64,000 bases of DNA from contig CAWDVR010000001.1 of NCBI GenBank assembly GCA_963805975.1, forward strand, positions 1,440,001 through 1,504,000, written 5' to 3'. A model generated the notes under the pieces. It worked only from the letters and a program-made list of their open reading frames with translations, was not told where the DNA came from and ran no database searches. Each line of letters begins with the position of its first letter. Position 1 is the first letter of the stretch. The DNA comes from an uncultured Acidobacteriota bacterium (lineage in GTDB: Bacteria > Acidobacteriota > Thermoanaerobaculia > Multivoradales > SZUA-115). Shown here piece by piece: positions 56,786-64,000 of this stretch. Position numbers and translations under genes: made by a program.

Positions 56786-57390
56786 CCGTGTCCCTCGTTG
56801 CCCTGGCTGGCGTGTCCCTCGTTGCCCGGGTCGGCCTGCGGCCGGTCGAGCAGCTCCACGGCCTCCTTGCCGGCGTCGGTCTCGGCGAAGGAGACCTTCA
56901 CCACCTCGCTCGCCGTGGTGCGCAACGCCATGCCCACGAAGTCGGCCTGGATCGGCAGCTCTCTCCAGCCGCGGTCCACCAGCACGGCGAGCTGCACGGC
57001 GCGGGGGCGGCCCCAGTCCACCAGCGCGTCGAGCGCGGCGCGCACCGTGCGGCCGGTGTAGAGCACGTCGTCGCAGAGCACCAGGAGGTGGCTCTCGACC
57101 GGAGCCGCGAAAGCCGTCTCGCGCACCACGGGCTGCGGCCCGATGGTCGAGAGATCGTCGCGGTAGAGGGTGATGTCGAGCACCCCCATGGCCACCCGGG
57201 AGCCCTCCATGCGCTCGATCTCCGCTGCCAGGCGCTCGGCGAGCGGTACGCCGCGGGTGCGGATGCCCACCAGCATCAGCCCCGCCACCCCGCGGTTGCG
57301 CTCCACGATCTCGCCGGCCATGCGGCGCACGGCACGGCCGATCTGGTGCTCGTCGAGCAGAGTCTTCTTGACTTGGAGGTTCGAAGCCAC
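56782..57390 (-). CDS. pyrR: Pyrimidine operon regulator / UPRTase PyrR
   Basis: [37 protein letters not shown]. Confidence 0.95.
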   Translation of the reverse strand: MASNLQVKKTLLDEHQIGRAVRRMAGEIVERNRGVAGLMLVGIRTRGVPLAERLAAEIERMEGSRVAMGVLDITLYRDDLSTIGPQPVVRETAFAAPVESHLLVLCDDVLYTGRTVRAALDALVDWGRPRAVQLAVLVDRGWRELPIQADFVGMALRTTASEVVKVSFAETDAGKEAVELLDRPQADPGNEGHASQGNEGHG

Positions 57391-57459
57391 GCCGGGCCCC
57401 CGATGGTTAGGACCCTGGGTTCTTGGGTCGCCGCAGGATATTCGGGCCGGCCGGAGGAG

Positions 57460-58476
57460 TCAATCGTGCGGTCGGAAGGCGTGGAACGAGAGGAGCTGCG
57501 GGTCGTCGCTGCTCCAGACCGGGCTGGCCGGGTACTCCTCGGTCGTTTGCGTCAGGCCCTCCCCGCTCACCTGCAGACGCAGCACGTAGCCACCCACCGC
57601 CGGCAGGGAGTAACCGGTCTCCGGGTCCAGCCGCCGCGGCCAGCCCACCAGGTGCCGCGACTGGAGGTGGGTGTCGCCGCTGACGATCCGCCACTCCGGG
57701 ATCCCGATCTTCGGCAGCAGCGCGGCCGCCGGCAAGGGACGCCTGAAGCTCACCCAGAGCTCCCGGGCCACCGCCGCTCCCGGCGGCTCGAAGCGGACCG
57801 TCCAGGTCTCCCCTGCCGCCTGGTCTTCCTCGCGGCCCGGGTCGTAGGCCAGCCGCGCGAAACGCTCCTCCACCGCCCGGCGCGTGAAACCGGCCCGGGC
57901 CACGGCGGCCAGACCCTCGACCAGCCGCGCGGTCTCCTCGGCACCGCGGACCGGGATCGCGAACTCGGGCTCCTGGGAGTACCAGGACAAGGCGAAGCTG
58001 CCGCCGAGAGCGGGGTCGGTCAGATAGAGGTCACCGAACCGCGACACGGGCCGGCCGAAACGAACGAGCGCCCGCGGTGCGGGGAAAGACGCCGCCAGCA
58101 GGCGGCGACAGGCCTCCCAGCCGGACGTGAACCGCAACGTGTAGCTGCCGAGCGCCGGGTCCTCGACCTCCGTGGGGTCCTGGTGGAAGACGTCGATCGA
58201 GAGCTCCACGCGCGCCCGGGCCACGGCCGGCGACGGCGCGCTCGCCTCCAGCGGCCCGACGGCCTCCTCCCACTTCGCGCGGTCGCGAGGGAGCGGACCG
58301 ATGATGGCCTCGAGCTCCGACAGGCGGCGTGGCGGCTGGGCGATCAGAGCCGCGACCACGGCGGCCGGATCGGTGGGCGGCTGGGTGGCGGGCCCGGCAG
58401 CCTGGGCGAGGCTCACGGCTCCACAAGCGATCAGCACCGCGAGCCCCAAGAACCGGCGAAACATGGTCGCCATCAT
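57460..58476 (-). CDS. Hypothetical secreted protein
   Basis: Signal peptide MFRRFLGLAVLIACGAVSLAQA; no motif recognised. Confidence 0.6.
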   Translation of the reverse strand: MMATMFRRFLGLAVLIACGAVSLAQAAGPATQPPTDPAAVVAALIAQPPRRLSELEAIIGPLPRDRAKWEEAVGPLEASAPSPAVARARVELSIDVFHQDPTEVEDPALGSYTLRFTSGWEACRRLLAASFPAPRALVRFGRPVSRFGDLYLTDPALGGSFALSWYSQEPEFAIPVRGAEETARLVEGLAAVARAGFTRRAVEERFARLAYDPGREEDQAAGETWTVRFEPPGAAVARELWVSFRRPLPAAALLPKIGIPEWRIVSGDTHLQSRHLVGWPRRLDPETGYSLPAVGGYVLRLQVSGEGLTQTTEEYPASPVWSSDDPQLLSFHAFRPHD

Positions 58477-58562
58477 AGAACCTCCATTGCAGCTCCCTTG
58501 CCTTTCGACACCTCCAGCCGGTGCTCGGAAACCGAGAGCACGACGACCGGCCCGCCTGCGCG

Positions 58563-61165
58563 TCAGGAAGGTCGCCTCGTCGGTCGTCTCTGCGGCTGGG
58601 CAGTCCACGGATCGAGCGGCCAGGCGTGCTTGGGGTAGCGGCCGGCCAACTCTTTGCGCACCTGGGGGTAGACGCTGGCCCAGAAGCTCGCGAGGTCCTG
58701 CGTCACCTGCTGCGGCCGGCCGTTGGGCGCCAGAAGATGGAGCAGCACCGGCACCCGGCCGGCGGCGACGCGCGGCGTCTCCGCCAGGCCGAAGAGCTCC
58801 TGGATGCGCGCCGCGAGCACCGGCGGCTTGCCCTCCTCGTACTGGAGCCGGATGCGGCTGCCGCTCGGCACCGGCAGGCGCTCGGGCGCCTCACGCTCGA
58901 CCGCCGCGAGCTGCGGCGCCGTGAGCAAGCCTTGCAGGATCTCGAGCCAGGGCAGGCGGCGCAGCTCCTCGAACGAGCGCTTGCCCGCGGAGAGCCCCGG
59001 CAGGAGCGGGCGGAGCTCCTCGATGGTGAAGGCCGGAAGTGCCAGCTCCGGCATCCAGCCGCGGAGGCAGCGGAGCCGCGCGATGAACCCGGCCAGCTCG
59101 CCCTCGTGCGAGGCCGCCAGGCGGTCGAGGGCTTCGCCCGCCGCCGACGCCAGCAGCTCGGCCGCGGCCTCGGCCGGCGCCGGCACTTCCTTCTCTTCCA
59201 GCACCAGGTCCCAGGCGCGCCGTCGCTCCACGGCGACCACCCGCTCGCGCCCGGCGTCGAAGACGGTCTCGACCGTGTGCGTCACGGCCTCGGGTCCGAG
59301 GTCCACGAGCCACTCCGGCTCCACGGCCGAGGCCATCCGCACCAGGGCCTCGGCGCGCTCGCCCCGTGCCCCGGCGTCGATCTCCAGGCAGAGAAACAGC
59401 TCGGCCGCGGTGACGCCGCTCTCGGCAGCCAGGCGCACCCCCCGGCCGCCCACCATGACCCCGCGCGGGCTTCCCGGCTCCCGCCGCCGCGCGAGGCGGT
59501 CGGGGAAGGCGGCGAGGAGGGCACGATAGAGGCCCTCACCCCGGCCCTCTCCCGCAAGCGGTAGAGGGCGCCCCCGCACACCCGCGGAACCGGTAAGGCG
59601 GCTCTCTTCCGGCCCCCTCGCCCCGCGGGAGCGGGGAGAGGGCTGGGGTGAGGGGCGCTCTACCCACCCCGCGAGCTGGTCCCGCACCTGGAGCACCTGG
59701 CGCGCTCCCCCGGCCCGCAGCCCTTCGCCCGCGCGGCCCGAGCGCTCGAAACGATCGAGCGCCAGGACCCGGTCCTCGAGGTCCGAGCGTGTGGTAGGAG
59801 CCGTGCTCCCGGCCCGCCGCTCGAACGGCGAGCGCTCGGAGAGGAGCGCCGCCGCAAGCGCCGCCTCCCGCGCACAGCCCTGCTGCTCGCCGGACAGCAG
59901 CAGGCGCCCGAGCCGGGGATGGAGAGGCAGCCTGGCCAGGCGCCGGCCGAGCGCGGTCAGGCCCCGCGGGCCGGTGGCGCCCAGCCGCGCCAGCAGCTCG
60001 AGCGCCTGTTCGAGGCGTCCGCGCTCCGGCGCCTCGAACCAGCCGAAGGCGAAGAGGTCGGTCTCGCCCCAGGCGAGGAGCTGGAGCGCCGCGCCGGCGA
60101 GGTCCACGCGCCGTACCTCCGGCGTCGAGCGCCGCGGCATCGAGGCCTGCTCCGCCACCGTCCACAGCCGCAGGCAGCGCCCCGGCCCCTGGCGCCCCGC
60201 CCGGCCGGCCCGCTGCTCGGCGGAGGCCTGCGAGATCCGCGTCACCCGCAGCCGGTCGAGCCCGCAACCGGGATCGTGCTCGAGGATGCGCGCCAACCCG
60301 GAGTCGATCACCGCCGACACCCCTTCGATCGTCACCGAGGTTTCGGCCACGTTGGTCGAGAGCACCACGCGGCGAATCGCGCCGGGCCGCAAGGCCTCGT
60401 CCTGCCGCTCGGGTGCCAGGTCGCCGTAGAGGGGCACGATCTTCACCCCGTGCGCCGCAGCCAGCTCGGCGAGGGCCTCGGCCGAGCGCTCGATCTCCCG
60501 CACGCCCGGCAGGAAGACGAGGAGATCGCCCGCGGTCTCCCCCAGCAGCCGCCGCGCGGCCGAAGCGACCTGCGCCGGCAGGGGCCGGTCGTCCGGCCGC
60601 GGCAGGAGCTCGACCGCTACGGGAAACTGCCGCCCGGCGCTCGCCACCACCGGCGCGCCGCCCAGGAACCGCGCCACCGGCTCCACCTCGAGCGTGGCGG
60701 ACATGGCGACGATCGCGAGATCCGGCCGCACTTCCTGCCGTACCTTGCGCGCCATGGCCAGCGCCAGGTCACTCGCCAGGTTGCGCTCGTGGAGCTCGTC
60801 GAAGACCAGCGCGCCGACGCCGGTCAAGAAAGGATCGGCGTCGAGCAGGTTCGAAGCCACGCCTTCGGTGACCACCAGCACCCGGGTCTCGGCCGAGGCG
60901 ACCCGCTCGAAGCGCACCTGGTAGCCCACCTCGCGGCCGAGCGTCCAGCCCTGCTCGAAGGCGATCCGCGTGCAGCGGCCCGCGCGGCGACCCGGCGCGG
61001 CTCGACCACGATCACCTGGCCTGCGACCTGCCGGGCCAGGGCCGGAGGCACCCGGGTCGTCTTGCCGGCACCGGGCGGCGCCTGCACCACGGCAGCGCCT
61101 CGACTCGCCACCGCGGCCAGGACCTGAGGCAGGACGTCGTCGATGGGCAAAGGGGCGAGCGGCAT
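58563..61165 (-). CDS. hrpB: ATP-dependent helicase HrpB, frameshifted near 60968
   Basis: [13 protein letters not shown]; then [39 protein letters not shown]. Confidence 0.9.
59533..59655. repeat. REP-like inverted pair inserted in-frame in hrpB
   Basis: 123 bp of the same family as 1732-1851; translates as [11 protein letters not shown]...[12 protein letters not shown]. Confidence 0.85.
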
Positions 61166-61265
61166 CGGCTCCTCGTAACGATTCACATGCATCTTCGCCC
61201 ATGTAGAAGTTGCGGTTCAGAGCGGACCGCGCGTTCCCGTTCTACGGGAGAAAGGAGACGTTACC

Positions 61266-61583
61266 TTGACCAGCGAAGACAGGGGATCGGAAAAGCTGCG
61301 CGACCGGTTTGGAGGCTGCACTCTCGAGCCCAAGGACCTGGAGGCCCTCGTCGTCAAGCTCGAGCGCCACGGGTTCCGCCTCAACGACTGGCTGATCAAA
61401 GGCCAGCCGCGGCCGGACTGGGTCACGGGCAGCATCGACGTGCCGCGGGCCGAGATCGGCAAGGCGATCCAGGTGCTCGCCGAAGTCGACGGCGTGCGCA
61501 TCAACCTCGACGGTTTCCCGATCGGCATTCCCTTCCCGGACATCTACCGGATCGGGTTCCGCGGCGTCGGTCAGCCGGGCTGA
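61266..61583 (+). CDS. Small protein with duplicated G(Q/I)PxPD motif, candidate radical SAM partner
   Basis: AAGGAG RBS, TTG start; WLIKGQPRPDW and FPIGIPFPDI; 10 nt before the radical SAM gene. Confidence 0.72.
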   Translation: MTSEDRGSEKLRDRFGGCTLEPKDLEALVVKLERHGFRLNDWLIKGQPRPDWVTGSIDVPRAEIGKAIQVLAEVDGVRINLDGFPIGIPFPDIYRIGFRGVGQPG

Positions 61584-61593
61584 GGAGGCAGCG

Positions 61594-62637
61594 ATGGGGC
61601 CCACAGGCAGGTCGCGGATCCTCCAGATTCACCCCAGCCGCCTGTGCAACCTGCGCTGCTTGCACTGCTACTCCTCCTCAGGGCCGCAGGAGCGCGGCGA
61701 GATCCCGGCTTCGCTCCTGCGGTCCATACTCGCCGAGGCGACCGAGGAAGGGTACGGCGTGGCCGGGTTCTCGGGCGGCGAGCCGCTGCTCTATTCCGGC
61801 CTCGCCGAGGTGCTCGCCGAGGCCAAGGCGCTGGGCATGACCACCACCGTCACCTCCAACGGCATGCTGCTCGACGAGCGCCGCCTGGGGCGGTTGCAGG
61901 GGGTCACGGACCTCCTCGCCATCAGCCTCGACGGCACCCCCGAGGCGCACGACCGGATGCGCAACCGCTCCGGCGCGTTCGAGCGCATGGCGGGCCGGCT
62001 GCCCGGTGTCCGCGCGTCCGGCATCCCGTTCGGGTTCATCTTCACGCTCACGCAGCACAACCTGGATCAGCTCCCCTGGGTCGCCTCCTTCGCGCTCCAG
62101 GAGGGAGCCGCGCTGCTCCAGATCCACCCGCTGGAGCTCGCCGGCCGGGCGGCCACCGAGCTCGCGGCCTCGCGGCCGGACACCACCGAGTCCTCCTGGG
62201 CCTTCGTGGCCGCGGCGAGCCTCCAGCAGTCGCTCGGCGACCGGCTGCGCATCCAGCTCGACCTCTTCAGCCGCGAAGCCTTGCGCGAGGCGCCGGACAG
62301 GGTCTTCGCCGGTGGCCCCGAGGCCGGCGCCCGAGGCCGGAAGCTCGGCGAGCTGCTGTCGCCGCTGATCCTCGAGCCCGATGGCACGCTGGTGCCGGTC
62401 GAGTACGGCTTCCCGCGCGCCTTCCAGCTCGGCAACGTCCATCGCATGAGTTTCGGCGCCTGTGCCGACCGCTGGCGCCGCGAGCTGGACGAGCCGTTCC
62501 GCGCGCTCTGCCGGGAAGAGCACACCGACCTCCTGGGCGTCGAGGCCCTGCCGCTCGCCAACTGGTACGAACGGCTCTCGCAGCGCGCACACCGCGGCGT
62601 GGGCTACGGCTTGGTGGGGTTGGGACAGACGGCTTGA
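61594..62637 (+). CDS. Radical SAM protein without SPASM cysteines
   Basis: CNLRCLHCY, FSGGEP, TSNG, ISLDG..HD..R. Confidence 0.9.
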   Translation: MGPTGRSRILQIHPSRLCNLRCLHCYSSSGPQERGEIPASLLRSILAEATEEGYGVAGFSGGEPLLYSGLAEVLAEAKALGMTTTVTSNGMLLDERRLGRLQGVTDLLAISLDGTPEAHDRMRNRSGAFERMAGRLPGVRASGIPFGFIFTLTQHNLDQLPWVASFALQEGAALLQIHPLELAGRAATELAASRPDTTESSWAFVAAASLQQSLGDRLRIQLDLFSREALREAPDRVFAGGPEAGARGRKLGELLSPLILEPDGTLVPVEYGFPRAFQLGNVHRMSFGACADRWRRELDEPFRALCREEHTDLLGVEALPLANWYERLSQRAHRGVGYGLVGLGQTA

Positions 62638-62806
62638 TGCCGCTCAGCCGCGGGTGCCGGCCCCGCGCGCCGCCCAGAAGCAGAGCGTCACCAGCACCAC
62701 CTCGGCCGCCAGCAGCCAGAAGAGCAGGGGTTTTGGAATGGTCGGGCCGCCGTTGCGCTAAGATTCGCCGGTTTCCCGATCAGACGGCTGGAAAGAGCCT
62801 ACGAAC

Positions 62807-63367
62807 ATGGCCAAGAACGACGCGTCCCCACTGCCCGCCAAGACCGGCCTCGGCGCCTACCGCCAGGAGATCCGCTTCCTGGTCGCCTTCCTGCTCCTGC
62901 TGGGCCTCTCCTTCACCGTCATCTCCCTCAACTGGGTGAACGACCACGTCGTCGAGCCGTTCACCGCCGGCATCGCGCAGGTGAGCGGCTGGACCCTGAA
63001 GGCGCTCGGGCAGGACATCCGCATGCAGGGCACCATGATCCTCTCCGACCGCTTCTCGGTGAACATCAAGAACGGTTGCAACGGTGTGGAGACCATGCTG
63101 ATCTTCTTCTCCGCCGTGCTCGCCTTCCCCGCCACCTGGAAGTCGCGCGCCGCCGGGCTCGGCCTGGGGCTCGCCGCCATCCAGGTCGTCAACCTGGTGC
63201 GGGTCGTGGCCCTCTTCCTGACCGGCGCCTACCTGCCGAGGCTCTTCGACACCTCCCACACCGTCGTCTGGCAGAGCCTGGTGATCCTCTTCGGCGTGCT
63301 GCTGTGGATCTTCTGGGCCAACCGCTACGCCGGCCCGCCGGCCGCCACCCCGGCGACCGCGGAATAG
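62807..63367 (+). CDS. Exosortase (XrtH-like)
   Basis: IKNGCNG (Cys), NLVR (Arg), HTVVWQ (His); multiple TM helices. Confidence 0.8.
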   Translation: MAKNDASPLPAKTGLGAYRQEIRFLVAFLLLLGLSFTVISLNWVNDHVVEPFTAGIAQVSGWTLKALGQDIRMQGTMILSDRFSVNIKNGCNGVETMLIFFSAVLAFPATWKSRAAGLGLGLAAIQVVNLVRVVALFLTGAYLPRLFDTSHTVVWQSLVILFGVLLWIFWANRYAGPPAATPATAE

Positions 63368-63384
63368 GGCCCGGCCGCGAACCC

Positions 63385-63993
63385 ATGGCCCGGCGCGACA
63401 AGCCCGAAGCCACTCCGAGCGAAGCAGCGCCCGCCGGCGACCGCGGCGCCTGGGCGCTGCGGCTGATCCGCAACGTGCTCCTCTGGGCGATCCCGCTGTC
63501 GGCGCTGTGGTGGGCGGCGACGCCGTTCTACAACCGCTTCATCACCGTAGCCTCCGGCAACCTGCTGAAGATCGCCGAGAGCCCGAACGTGACCCGGCTG
63601 GTGCCTGCCGACCCGCACTACATCTCGATCCAGCGGGACGACTTCCCGCCCGGCAAGCCCAACTACCGCGTGCGGGTGACCGATCTCCATTTCCATCTGG
63701 TGCTGCTCGGTGCCCTGTTCCTGGCGGTGCCCGGCGTGCCGCTCAAGGCGCGGCTCGGACCGCTCGGCTGGGCGCTCCTGGTGGCCGTCTTCTTCCACAT
63801 CCTCGATCTCTTCTTCTGGGTCAAGTTCGCCTACGCCACCCAGCTCGGCGACTGGAGCACCGAGCACTACGGCGCCTTCGGGCAGAACTTCTGGGGCATG
63901 GCCAAGCACCTGACCGACCTGCCCTTCAAGCTCGCCCTCCCCCTGGCGCTGTGGGTGGGGTTCTACTACCGGAAGATCGTTCCCGCCCGGTAG
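63385..63993 (+). CDS. Exosortase-associated membrane protein
   Basis: Four hydrophobic segments; 17 nt after the exosortase gene. Confidence 0.6.
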   Translation: MARRDKPEATPSEAAPAGDRGAWALRLIRNVLLWAIPLSALWWAATPFYNRFITVASGNLLKIAESPNVTRLVPADPHYISIQRDDFPPGKPNYRVRVTDLHFHLVLLGALFLAVPGVPLKARLGPLGWALLVAVFFHILDLFFWVKFAYATQLGDWSTEHYGAFGQNFWGMAKHLTDLPFKLALPLALWVGFYYRKIVPAR

Positions 63994-64000
63994 TAGGCAG

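Noticed and set aside
56786-56835. 24-bp tandem duplication at the pyrR 3' end ([14 protein letters not shown])
   Set aside because: Only two copies in a disordered tail; duplicates the pyrB RBS region, no evidence of an array.
56782-57460. PyrR attenuator leader upstream of pyrR
   Set aside because: Only ~70 bp intergenic, with no AGUCC/GAGAG PyrR-binding loop or U-tailed terminator.
60955-60985. Programmed ribosomal frameshift in hrpB
   Set aside because: No slippery sequence; similar isolated indels in two other genes favour sequencing error.

Overview
High-GC bacterial chromosome segment, probably Acidobacteriota (Thermoanaerobaculia-like; inferred from the C-terminal domains of secreted proteins, not verified). 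Most of it is housekeeping: OPT transporter, epmB-efp-epmA, TonB-dependent receptor, two-component pair, subtilase, nuoB-nuoCD-nuoI-korA-korB, hpt, ridA, ubiG-like, ribE/ribD/ftsY, HD-GYP, aroB, aspS, aroC, gspE/pilB, tyrA, suhB, pyrRBC, hrpB and an exosortase. Accessory parts are: (1) an MNT-HEPN toxin-antitoxin pair flanked by a duplicated gene 3' end; (2) a RES toxin-antitoxin pair; (3) a 7-kb islet (36392-43464) with an ECF sigma, a membrane anti-sigma-like protein, a lipoprotein TPR-CHAT protease, a secreted S8 protease and a convergent 87-aa secreted peptide; (4) a ~500-nt hairpin-rich candidate RNA before an HNH-like gene and a relaxase remnant; (5) a small repeat-motif protein paired with a SPASM-less radical SAM enzyme. 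The best candidate for an undescribed system is islet (3). Its peptide repeats a 14-aa motif (core NPCMGC) found inside the S8 protease, and an exact TGTCAG-N16-GCGAA promoter-like motif occurs three times in it. Several conserved genes have single-base frameshifts that are probably sequencing errors. No rRNA, tRNA or CRISPR array was seen. All product calls come from motif recognition by eye; no database searches were run.
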